Source of the DNA: Candidatus Moraniibacteriota bacterium
GTDB lineage: Bacteria > Patescibacteriota > Minisyncoccia > Moranbacterales > JBBINP01
Assembly (NCBI GenBank): GCA_037443825.1
Contig: JBBINP010000003.1
Span: forward strand, 1-40,466
Direction of reading: 5' to 3'
Length of the DNA stretch: 40,466 bases
Each line of letters opens with the position of its first letter. Position 1 is the stretch's first letter. A model generated the notes under the pieces. That model made no database searches. It was not told the DNA's origin and was given only the letters and a program-made list of their open reading frames with translations. The position numbers were made by a program, and so were the translations under genes. Shown here piece by piece: positions 1-8,531 of the stretch.

Positions 1-205
1 TGATTTTTTCAGGGTTGAGTCCGTCGTTTTTTATTTTGAGGGAAGCCGAGACGGAAGCGCCGGGAGCGGTTTTGAGGTTGATGGGGACGGGAGAGGTGGT
101 GAGGCGCAGATCGGAAGCGGGGGTTTGAGCGGAGGCGGGAAAGGAAAAAAGAAAGAAAGCCAAAACGGCAAGAGACGGAATTTTGAAAAAATAATTTTTC
201 TTCAT
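1..205 (-). CDS. Partial (3' end outside window) secreted/surface protein with signal peptide, possibly DUF916-like Ig-fold
   Basis: Manual translation from ATG 205: MKKNYFFKIPSLAVLAFFLFSFPASA-QTPASDLRLTTSPVPINLKTAPGASVSASLKIKNDG...; Sec signal ending in ASA; open to window edge; TATAAT 6 nt upstream. Confidence 0.7.
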   Translation of the reverse strand, partial: MKKNYFFKIPSLAVLAFFLFSFPASAQTPASDLRLTTSPVPINLKTAPGASVSASLKIKNDGLNPEKI

Positions 206-228
206 GCCGTTATTATACAGCAGGAATG

Positions 229-275
229 AAAAAAATGAAAGTCCGGTTTTGGAATTGTAAAACCGGACTTTCATT
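229..275 (-). terminator. Intrinsic terminator
   Basis: Perfect 17-bp inverted repeat aatgaaagtccggtttt (234-250) / aaaaccggactttcatt (259-275), 8-nt loop, T-tract on minus strand. Confidence 0.8.
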
Positions 276-419
276 GTCCTAATTAGTGAAAATAAGTTCG
301 GAAAAGAAATTGTGCGATTCTGCGGACAATTGATTTTGATTGTCTCGCTGGCAATCGCCCCAAGAGCGCAACTGGAAGAAGCTGATTTTCCGGTCATGCC
401 CGCCTCAAACCAATAATCC
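229..419 (-). ncRNA. Candidate ~190-nt structured small RNA (possibly 6S-like)
   Basis: TATAAT at 431-426 upstream, terminator downstream; nested pairings cggaaaa/ttttccg, gcgatt/aatcgc, gacaat/attgtc; G-U pairs favour the minus strand. Confidence 0.35.
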
Positions 420-502
420 TTTTAAATTATATCTGCCACGAGATATGACTGAAAGGAAACAGAGATATCTATTTTTTAATGCTTTAAAAAAATAAAAAGC
501 CA

Positions 503-805
503 TCATTTTATTTCTCCGTCAAGAGAGCGCATGGCATTGCGCATAAAAAGCACTCCCGACAAAAATCCCAGGGCAAACAGCATCCGCAAGGATTTTACCG
601 CCAATTCCGCCAAAGCCGCTTTGTCAGCAGGATAATAAAGACTTAGTATTTCCGCGACAAGCAAAAAAACAACGGCAGCCAGAAAAAATTTATAAGAAAC
701 ATCCAGTTTCATTTCAACCCGCCAAACCACCCCGGCGGTATAAATAACAGCTAAAAAAAGCGAAGTGATGGTTACGGCGTTAACCGCAAAAAAAATCGAT
801 TCCAT
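503..805 (-). CDS. Small membrane protein (100 aa, ~3 TM)
   Basis: ORF 503..961, but ATG 805 (MESIFF...) abuts the stop of the upstream gene at 807; three hydrophobic segments. Confidence 0.75.
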   Translation of the reverse strand: MESIFFAVNAVTITSLFLAVIYTAGVVWRVEMKLDVSYKFFLAAVVFLLVAEILSLYYPADKAALAELAVKSLRMLFALGFLSGVLFMRNAMRSLDGEIK

Positions 806-806
806 T

Positions 807-2363
807 TCAACGCGACACCCCCTTTCCTTTTTTTGTTCCCAAAAATCCCATTTTTTCCAAATGGCGCTCGGTGATGTGGCGAAAGGCGCGAAGCTGAAGT
901 TGATATTCCCGAAAAAAAAGAAAGAGCCACACCAGAAGAAGCAACAGAAAAATTGAAGCAACAGCCCCCAAATTGCTCAAAAGTTCGGGATAAGTGACCA
1001 GCACCCCCCCGCCGAAGTTTAAAAGCGGCAATTCCAAAATCTCAAAAAAACCCTCCCGACTTATATTGTAGCGGTCAAAAATTATTTCCGCCTGAACGCG
1101 GTGCTGGCCGCCTTTCCAAAAAGCGGGAATGGCGATGTTTTTTTGAAAAACCAAATTATTTTCAAGAAGTATTTCTTCAAAAAAAGTTTTCCTTTTCTCC
1201 TCTGCCTCGTCAAAAAGAGTGTAGCGCACGATGGCTTGGGATCCTTCAAAACCGGACATGAGTCCGGTAACATTAATGACGGTGCCCAATTCCCTCCCTT
1301 GAAAAACAGTTTCGGATTTCAAAAGCAAAGAAAAATCAAGCGGAGGATTTGCCGGCAGATCCTCTTTCGGAGGCGCCGTTTCCGGCGGCTTGCTTTCCGG
1401 AACAAAAGGGGGTGCCGGGATTTTTTCTTCATCTTTCTTTTCTTCTCCTTCCCTTTCCTTTTCTTTTCGAACAATTCTAAAAGTCAAACTGTCAGAACTT
1501 TCCCGGAAAGGATTGTTTGGATCGGCGGCTTTCGCCAAAAGAACGCTTCGGCCATAATTAAGTTCTGCCGGCGGCTCCCAACTCCAATATCCGTTGGCGT
1601 TGGCCAACACTCGCGCAAAAATTACGGCGGAACCGTCAATAAACAAGGAAATTTCAGCTCTGGCAATATTGGTAGTTCCGGAAAAAACCGGACGGCGCGA
1701 AAATGCTTCGGGAATACCCTTGTAGCTGGCAACGCTTTTTCCGGCAAACGAAACGATTTCAATAGCCGGATCAGGCAAAGGAACTTCGCATTCATCCGGA
1801 GTTGTCACTGCTATCGGATCGGACACGGCGATCCCCGGACCCATCGGACCGCGCGCGGTTACCGTATAAACATAAGAAGCGCTTGTCACAACATTCGCAT
1901 CATCATACCGCGAATCAACAAGACCGGTTACTAGCGACATATCATCGCGGTCAATATCAAAAGTTTTTGAATTTTTATCATCGTCCCAGTCTATTTTTAT
2001 TGAAAGATTTCCATTTTTACAAACTGCTTCACCGAAAACCGCCGGCTTGACTGGCGGACCCAAAACCGACGCCGTAACAACCAATATTTCATCCGCCAGC
2101 GCCCGAAATTTTGTCCGCGCGTCAAAAATTAAAAATTCTGGACTATAGATCAGCGACAAAACAAAATATAAAAAAAATAAAGAAAGCGAAAAAACAAAAT
2201 GCGCTTTCGCCATTTTCCGAAATATTTTTTTTTCAGCTTTGTTTTTTTTCGCCATACCAATCATTACAAAAACCGCCAAAAATAGCTTTTTCAGATTTTC
2301 CTTTGATTTGGCAAAAACAATCAAACCCCGCCCGGATTTTTGCCAAAAATTGTTCCGCGCCAA
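807..2363 (-). CDS. Membrane-anchored surface protein with FN3/Ig-like (Big) domains, Pro-rich linker and C-terminal TM helix
   Basis: YVYTVTARG (FN3-like), PVFSGTT...ANANGYWSW (Big-like), N- and C-terminal hydrophobic segments; start uncertain. Confidence 0.75.
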   Translation of the reverse strand: MARNNFWQKSGRGLIVFAKSKENLKKLFLAVFVMIGMAKKNKAEKKIFRKMAKAHFVFSLSLFFLYFVLSLIYSPEFLIFDARTKFRALADEILVVTASVLGPPVKPAVFGEAVCKNGNLSIKIDWDDDKNSKTFDIDRDDMSLVTGLVDSRYDDANVVTSASYVYTVTARGPMGPGIAVSDPIAVTTPDECEVPLPDPAIEIVSFAGKSVASYKGIPEAFSRRPVFSGTTNIARAEISLFIDGSAVIFARVLANANGYWSWEPPAELNYGRSVLLAKAADPNNPFRESSDSLTFRIVRKEKEREGEEKKDEEKIPAPPFVPESKPPETAPPKEDLPANPPLDFSLLLKSETVFQGRELGTVINVTGLMSGFEGSQAIVRYTLFDEAEEKRKTFFEEILLENNLVFQKNIAIPAFWKGGQHRVQAEIIFDRYNISREGFFEILELPLLNFGGGVLVTYPELLSNLGAVASIFLLLLLVWLFLFFREYQLQLRAFRHITERHLEKMGFLGTKKGKGVSR

Positions 2364-2378
2364 TCACGCAATATCTTG

Positions 2379-2407
2379 ATTATAAGCAAGACGTGAAAAT
2401 TTGTAAA
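2379..2407 (-). promoter_or_regulatory. Sigma70-type promoter TTTACA-17-TATAAT
   Basis: tgtaaa 2402-2407 and attata 2379-2384 on + strand, 17-bp spacer. Confidence 0.6.
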
Positions 2408-2483
2408 TAAAATTTTTCGCGCGTTTTTCCTCTCTTCAAAAAGAAAAAGTTCCGCGCTCTTTTTGACGCTGATTATTCAATGC

Positions 2484-2520
2484 CAAGCCGGAATTTTTAC
2501 GCGTTAAAAACTCCGGCTTG
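2484..2520. repeat. Imperfect inverted repeat (hairpin)
   Basis: caagccgga...tccggcttg with inner tttt/aaaa arms. Confidence 0.6.
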
Positions 2521-2554
2521 TTTTCTGGCAATTAAGCGCGCTTGATTTCGCAAC

Positions 2555-2586
2555 AATAAAATCCCTCCTGAAAGAGGGATTTTATT
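2555..2586 (-). terminator. Intrinsic terminator downstream of hup
   Basis: aataaaatccctc-ctgaaa-gagggattttatt, 13-bp stem. Confidence 0.75.
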
Positions 2587-2667
2587 TCTATCTTTTGGAC
2601 ATTGCCTGCTGTCAAGCGGTTTTTTGCCCGTACGGATAAATTTCCTTTGATAGATTATAAACCGAAA

Positions 2668-2949
2668 TTACTTCACGGCTTCTTTTAGTGCTTTGCCAGC
2701 CGTAAATTTTGGCAAAGACATCGCCGGAATTGTGATTTTTTCTTTGGTCTGAGGATTGATGCCGATGCGCGCCGCGCGTTTGGACAAACGAAATGTTCCA
2801 AAGCCCGTAAAAGTCACTCTGTTGCCTGTGCGAATTTCATCAGTCACTTTCGCCAAAACTTCTTCAATCACGATATCCACGTCTTTTTTGGAAAGTCCTG
2901 TTTTGGCCGCCACCGCGTCCACCACCGCATCTTTGTTGATATGAGCCAT
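2668..2949 (-). CDS. hup: DNA-binding protein HU
   Basis: GFGTF and GINPQTKEKITIPA...PKFTAGKALKEAVK motifs; SD AGGAGGTG supports start at 2949. Confidence 0.95.
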   Translation of the reverse strand: MAHINKDAVVDAVAAKTGLSKKDVDIVIEEVLAKVTDEIRTGNRVTFTGFGTFRLSKRAARIGINPQTKEKITIPAMSLPKFTAGKALKEAVK

Positions 2950-3069
2950 ATACACCTCCTTTCATTTTATAATAAGCGGTTTATTTCTTGTGCCAATTTT
3001 TTAGCGCAAGCGATTCCATTAATTGAAATTATAGCAATATTTTTGTTTTGTTCAAAATTCGCGAAGCGA

Positions 3070-4602
3070 CTATCTCGCGAACTCCACAGCCCGGGTTTCA
3101 CGCAAAACATTGACTTTGATTTCGCCCGGATACTTGAGATCTTGTTCAATTTTATTGGCAATGTCTTTGGCTAATTTCAAAGCCGTCAAATCATCCACCT
3201 CCTCGGGTTTTACAAAAACCCGAATTTCCCGTCCGGCCTGAATGGCGTAAGTTTTTTCCACTCCGCCAAAAGAACCAGCCACCGCTTCCAGTTCTTCCAG
3301 GCGTTTCAAATAATTTTCCAGCGTGTCTTTCCTGGCTCCCGGACGGCTGGCTGAAATAGCATCCGCCGCCGCCACAATAAAAGCTTCATTGGTCTGAAAA
3401 GGATATTCTTCATGGTGGGATTTGACCGCTTTAATTACTTCTTTTGACACGTTGAATTTAGACAAAATTCTGATTCCTATCTCCACATGCGTTCCCTGGA
3501 TTTCATGATCCACCGCCTTGCCAATATCATGAAAAATTCCCGCTTTTTTGGCTATCGCGGCATCCGCTCCCAGTTCCGCCGCCAGCGCGCCGGCCAGATG
3601 AGCAACCTCCAGCGAATGCAAAAGAACGTTCTGTCCGTAACTGGTCCGATAACGCAACCGCCCCAGCAAAAACACCAGCTTTGGATCCACTCCGGCGATT
3701 CCCAGGTCATAAAGCGCCGCTTCGCCGGCTTCCTTGATTTTATTGTCTATTTCCTTTTTAGCAAATTCAATTGTTTCTTCAATGCGTCCGGGATGAATCC
3801 GTCCGTCACTGATCAGTTTTTCCATCGCGATGCGCGCGATTTCCCGGCGCACCGGATCAAATCCCGAAATCACCACCGCTTCCGGCGTATCGTCTATTAT
3901 TATTTCCACGCCGGTTATTTTTTCCAGCGCCTTGATGTTGCGCCCTTCCCGCCCGATAATTTTTCCTTTTATTTCATCTGATGGCAACGAAACAGTCGTA
4001 GTCACTATTTCCGCCGCGTGCGAACCGGCGTATTTTTGAACGGCTTGCGTAATAATATTTTTAGCTTTCTTTTCAAACTCTTCGCTTCCTTCTTTTTCCA
4101 ATTTTCCAATCCGTTCAGCTAAAATATTCCGATATTCTTCTTCTGTCAGCTGCAACAGTATTTTTTTGGCTTGTTCCCGCGAAAGTCCGGCGATTTTTTC
4201 CAGCCGCTGCAATTCTTTTTTGCGCGTTTCTTCAACTTCCTTGCGGACGCGCCTTATTTCTTCCGATTTTTGTTCCAAAACCAATTTTCCTTTATCCAGT
4301 TCGTTCAGCTTTCCATCCAGCGCTTCTTCCCTTTTTTCCAGACGATGTTCCATTCTCACGATTTGATTTTCCCTTTCTTTCTCCTGTTTTTTCGCTTCTT
4401 CCAAAATTTCAACGGCTTTGTTTTTGGCGGACAAAGTAAAATCCTGCGCTTCTTGACGCGCTTCTTCAATTATTTTTTCCGCCCTGCCTTCGGCGGTGGA
4501 AAGTTGTTTTTTAGCAATAGTTTGCCGAAAGACATATCCCGAAAGCGCTCCGACGCCCAAAGCCAAAATTCCAATAACAATAAGCGTAATACTTGATTCC
4601 AT
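3070..4602 (-). CDS. rny: Ribonuclease Y
   Basis: N-terminal TM, coiled coil, KH (KGKIIGREGRNI), HD (HDIGK), RPGARKD, IQAGREIRV. Confidence 0.97.
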   Translation of the reverse strand: MESSITLIVIGILALGVGALSGYVFRQTIAKKQLSTAEGRAEKIIEEARQEAQDFTLSAKNKAVEILEEAKKQEKERENQIVRMEHRLEKREEALDGKLNELDKGKLVLEQKSEEIRRVRKEVEETRKKELQRLEKIAGLSREQAKKILLQLTEEEYRNILAERIGKLEKEGSEEFEKKAKNIITQAVQKYAGSHAAEIVTTTVSLPSDEIKGKIIGREGRNIKALEKITGVEIIIDDTPEAVVISGFDPVRREIARIAMEKLISDGRIHPGRIEETIEFAKKEIDNKIKEAGEAALYDLGIAGVDPKLVFLLGRLRYRTSYGQNVLLHSLEVAHLAGALAAELGADAAIAKKAGIFHDIGKAVDHEIQGTHVEIGIRILSKFNVSKEVIKAVKSHHEEYPFQTNEAFIVAAADAISASRPGARKDTLENYLKRLEELEAVAGSFGGVEKTYAIQAGREIRVFVKPEEVDDLTALKLAKDIANKIEQDLKYPGEIKVNVLRETRAVEFAR

Positions 4603-4786
4603 AAAATTTTTCTTTCTTCAACCGACAGCCAATCCGCGAAAAAAACAATCCGTGATTGTTTTTTGAAAATTTAAAATTGTCCAAATTTTCAATAATAAAA
4701 GACATATTACGCAACATTTATCTTAATTTTCGGATTGAATATCGGATAAAATTTTTATTATTAATTAGAATAAATCCAGTAAAAAA

Positions 4787-4837
4787 ATGATAATACGATT
4801 TGACCTTTTTGTCAAAAGCTCCGAAAAATGATAAAAT
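4787..4837. promoter_or_regulatory. Divergent promoters for rny (TTGACA-17-TATCAT, minus) and gpmI (TTGTCA-17-TAAAAT with extended TG, plus) with overlapping -35 elements
   Basis: ttgtcaa at 4809-4815 reads as a -35 on both strands; -10 at 4792-4787 and 4832-4837. Confidence 0.55.
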
Positions 4838-4881
4838 AAAAATGTTTTTCAGATTGTTAAAAATTTATCAGCGAAACAACT

Positions 4882-6450
4882 ATGCGTAAACCGGTCGCGC
4901 TGGTCATCCTTGACGGATGGGGAATCAGCAATGTTGGCCAGGGCAATGTTATCAAAGAAACGTCACTGCCAACCATTGAAAAGCTTAATAATTATTATCC
5001 GATGGTGGCTCTGCAGGCCTCGGGAATTTCCGTGGGATTGCCTTGGGGAGAAGCAGGCAACAGCGAAGTGGGGCATATAGCGCTGGGAGCCGGAAAAATT
5101 ATTTACCAAAACCTGCCGAGAATTTCCCTCTCCATTCAGGATGGAACTTTTTTTGTCAACCCTGTTATTTTGACGGCAATGCAAAATGCCAGCCAAAAAG
5201 AACGCTCGTTGCACCTGATGGGACTCATTGGCGACGGTTCCGTTCATTCGTATTGCGAGCATGTCTATTCTCTTTTGCAAATGGCCAAGTCGCAAGGTGT
5301 TCAAAATGTTTTTGTGCACGCGTTCACTGACGGGCGCGATTCTCCGCCAATTTCCGGCACTAAATCGATCAGATCATTGATGGATAAAATGAAAATGATC
5401 GGGGTTGGAAAAATCGCCTCCGTTTGCGGAAGAAATTGGGCGATGGATCGCAATAATAATTGGGATAGGATTGAAAAAGCTTATGCCGCCCTCGCGGAAG
5501 GCAAGGGGAACTTCGCTTCCGATCCGATAAAATACATTCAGGAATCATACGCGCGCGAAATAACGGATGAATATATTGAACCGGCCGTCATTACCGAGAA
5601 CGGCAAGCCATTGGCGCTTATTCGCGACAACGACTCCGTGATTTTCTTTAACTTTCGCGAGGATCGCGCCCGAGAGCTCACCAAGGCCTTTGTGCTACCT
5701 GGTTTTGAAAAATTTCCACGGACAAAACGCTTGCGTCTGGAATTTGTGACTATGACTGAATATGAAAAAGATTTGCCTGTTTCCATTGCTTTCCCCAAAG
5801 AAAACATTCGGAACGGACTGGGTGAAGTTTTAAGCCAGAAAAACCTTAAACAGCTCCGTGTCGCGGAAACGGAAAAATACGCCCATGTCACTTATTTTTT
5901 TAACAGCGGAAGGGAAGAGTCCTGGCCAGGAGAAGATCATGTTTTAGTTCCCTCTCCCTCTGTTTCCAGTTTTGATCAAACACCGGAAATGAGCGCTCCG
6001 GCAATTACAGAAAAAATCATCGCGCTCGTGGAAAAGAACAAATATGACTTTATTCTTGTCAACTACGCAAATGCCGACATGGTCGGGCACACCGGCAACT
6101 ACAAAGCCTGCGCGGAAGCGGTGCAGGCGATTGACAAAAGTTTGTCAATTTTGATTCCTTCAATTCTCAAAGCCGGCGGATGCCTTTTGATTACCGCCGA
6201 TCACGGCAATGTTGAAGAAATAAAAAACCTTCACACCGGACAAATTGACACCGAGCATTCCGCCAACCCGGTGCCGTTATGGTTTGTCGCGCCGGACAAT
6301 CATCGTAAAAAAACGAAAGAGGATTTTATCCGCCAGGAAAGCGAAGTTGCAGGCATTTTAAGCGATGTCGCTCCAACCATATTGGATATTATGGATATAG
6401 AAAAACCGAAAGAAATGTCAGGCGAAAGTTTGCTGCCTTTTTTGAAATGA
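4882..6450 (+). CDS. gpmI: 2,3-bisphosphoglycerate-independent phosphoglycerate mutase
   Basis: LVILDGWG, GNSEVGH, FTDGRD, ETEKYAHVTYFF, ADMVGHTG, TADHGN motifs. Confidence 0.97.
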   Translation: MRKPVALVILDGWGISNVGQGNVIKETSLPTIEKLNNYYPMVALQASGISVGLPWGEAGNSEVGHIALGAGKIIYQNLPRISLSIQDGTFFVNPVILTAMQNASQKERSLHLMGLIGDGSVHSYCEHVYSLLQMAKSQGVQNVFVHAFTDGRDSPPISGTKSIRSLMDKMKMIGVGKIASVCGRNWAMDRNNNWDRIEKAYAALAEGKGNFASDPIKYIQESYAREITDEYIEPAVITENGKPLALIRDNDSVIFFNFREDRARELTKAFVLPGFEKFPRTKRLRLEFVTMTEYEKDLPVSIAFPKENIRNGLGEVLSQKNLKQLRVAETEKYAHVTYFFNSGREESWPGEDHVLVPSPSVSSFDQTPEMSAPAITEKIIALVEKNKYDFILVNYANADMVGHTGNYKACAEAVQAIDKSLSILIPSILKAGGCLLITADHGNVEEIKNLHTGQIDTEHSANPVPLWFVAPDNHRKKTKEDFIRQESEVAGILSDVAPTILDIMDIEKPKEMSGESLLPFLK

Positions 6451-6518
6451 CAAACGACAAAAGAAAACTCGTGAACAAAATAAAATTCCCTTTTAGGGAA
6501 TTTTATTTTTATCGCTTG

Positions 6519-7112
6519 CTATTTGATAATTTTATCAACCAATCCGTATTTTTTGGCTTCTTCGGCGCTCATAAAATAATCTCTTTCGGCGTCTTTTTCA
6601 ACCTTTTCCGTTGTTTGTCCGGAATGCCTGGCCAAAATTTCGTTAAGTTTTCGCTTAATCTTTAAAATATGTTTGGCATGAATGTCAATATCCGTCGCCT
6701 GTCCTTGCGCTCCGCCCATAACCTGATGAATAAGAACTTCCCCGTTAGGCAAAATCAATCTTTTTCCCTTTTGTCCGGACGCAAGCAAGAGAGCGGCCGC
6801 CGAAGCCGCCAGTCCGATGCAGATTGTAGACACGTCAGCTTTTACGTATTGCATGGTGTCGTAAATCGCCAGAGCCGAAGTTACCTGTCCGCCCGGAGAA
6901 TTTATGTAAAGTTTGATGTCTTCCTTGCCACTCTGGGAGTCCAAAAACAAAAGTTGCGCGATTATGCTGTTGGCCGCGACATCATCAATGGGTCCGCCAA
7001 GAAAAATAATCCGGTCTTTCAAAAGACGGGAATAAATGTCATACGCGCGTTCGCCGTAAGTGGTTTTTTCAATAACGGTCGGAATGAGATATTGATTAAT
7101 AAGCTTATTCAT
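6519..7112 (-). CDS. clpP: ATP-dependent Clp protease proteolytic subunit
   Basis: [29 protein letters not shown] (catalytic Ser), [21 protein letters not shown]; ATG 7112 preferred to TTG 7121. Confidence 0.97.
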   Translation of the reverse strand: MNKLINQYLIPTVIEKTTYGERAYDIYSRLLKDRIIFLGGPIDDVAANSIIAQLLFLDSQSGKEDIKLYINSPGGQVTSALAIYDTMQYVKADVSTICIGLAASAAALLLASGQKGKRLILPNGEVLIHQVMGGAQGQATDIDIHAKHILKIKRKLNEILARHSGQTTEKVEKDAERDYFMSAEEAKKYGLVDKIIK

Positions 7113-7220
7113 AATTTTCAACGGACAATGATCAATTTTCTTTCAAATCCGACTTTGTCAAACATCAGCTGATTAAAAAAATCAGAAATTGATTGAAAAT
7201 TGATAATTGATAATTTATTT

Positions 7221-8510
7221 TTATAATTTTTCTAAAAATTGCATGATTTTTTCATTTTCCAGCATTCTTTTGGCGTGGTTGTATAATTTTTCCATATCAA
7301 TGTTTTTCTCCGCGCTTTTGGCGTTTTTGTAATACTGGAGCGCTTTATTCATTTCGGATTCAATTGCTTCGGATGGAATATGAATATCTTTTTCTTTAAC
7401 TAATTCTTCCAGAGCCAACGCTGATTTTATGCGCGTTTCCGCCCGCGATTTCCATTCTTTTTCCAGATCATCTTTTGTTTTTTTAATCCGGACAAGATAA
7501 TCGTCCAAAGTAATACCGAAATATTTGGCTTGCTCTTCAAGTTCAAGGAACATTTTCCGCAATTCTTCCCGAACCAATATCTCCGGCAAATCCGCTCTTA
7601 AATTCGCGGCTAATTCTTCTAGAATTTCGGTTTTTTGTTTTTCTTTTTTACGCGCTTCCTTTTCTTGCCGCAAACCGTCGCTTACGCTTTTTTTCAAATC
7701 TTCCATATTTTCAAATTTTCCAAGCGATTTGGCAAATTCATCGTTCGGTTCCGGAATTTGCCGTTCCTGCACGAGATTTATTTTCACCTTAAACCGGGCC
7801 GGCTTTCCAGCCAGTGATTTTTCATGGTATTCGCCGGGAAAAATCAGGTCAAATTCCTTTTTTTCATTCTCTTTCATTCCTTCCAGTTGTTCCTCAAAAC
7901 CGGGAATGAACACTCCTTTCCCCAAAACCAGCGGATGGTTTTTACTCGATCCTTTTTCAAGAAGAACGCCGTCTTGAAACACTTCAAAATCCGCAAAAAC
8001 AGTATCGCCCTTTCTGGCTTCGCGCGAAATAGTGATGAATTTCGCGCGGCTCTCGGCTATTTTTTCAATCTCTTTTTTCACCTCACCTTCATTCGCTTCA
8101 ATTTTTTCCTCCTGAATCCTGGCGTTGACTTTTTTAACGCTTTCTTCCCAATTTTTAAGTTCAATTTCCGGAAAAACATCCGTTTCAATTTTGTATTCCA
8201 GATCGTTGCCTTCCGCCAGTTTCAAAATTTCCGCCCGCGGAGAGCCCAAAGCTTCAATTTTTTCCTCCTGAACAATTTTTGAATATGATTTTTGAATGGC
8301 TTTGCCCGCCGCCTCCTCCAAAACAGCCGTTTTTCCGATTTTTTGCTCCACTAAATTGCGCGGCGCTTTGCCCGGACGAAAGCCCGGAATTTTGATGTTT
8401 TTTGACAACTCGCCAATCGCCGTCTCAATGAATTTCTCCCAGTCCTGCCACGGCAAAACAACCCTTATTTCTATTTTTGAACGCGGAAGTTTTTTAATTT
8501 CTTTGCGCAT
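7221..8510 (-). CDS. tig: Trigger factor
   Basis: IPGFRPGKAP ribosome-binding motif, FIPGFEEQLEG PPIase domain, tig-clpP order. Confidence 0.96.
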   Translation of the reverse strand: MRKEIKKLPRSKIEIRVVLPWQDWEKFIETAIGELSKNIKIPGFRPGKAPRNLVEQKIGKTAVLEEAAGKAIQKSYSKIVQEEKIEALGSPRAEILKLAEGNDLEYKIETDVFPEIELKNWEESVKKVNARIQEEKIEANEGEVKKEIEKIAESRAKFITISREARKGDTVFADFEVFQDGVLLEKGSSKNHPLVLGKGVFIPGFEEQLEGMKENEKKEFDLIFPGEYHEKSLAGKPARFKVKINLVQERQIPEPNDEFAKSLGKFENMEDLKKSVSDGLRQEKEARKKEKQKTEILEELAANLRADLPEILVREELRKMFLELEEQAKYFGITLDDYLVRIKKTKDDLEKEWKSRAETRIKSALALEELVKEKDIHIPSEAIESEMNKALQYYKNAKSAEKNIDMEKLYNHAKRMLENEKIMQFLEKL

Positions 8511-8531
8511 ATTTCCAATAATATTATAATA

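Noticed and set aside
206-397. 64-codon N-terminal extension of the gene starting at 205
   Set aside because: It crosses a strong terminator; the signal peptide and a -10 box both point to ATG 205
6447-6665. 72-aa ORF overlapping the gpmI stop
   Set aside because: Mostly antisense to clpP and has no motif
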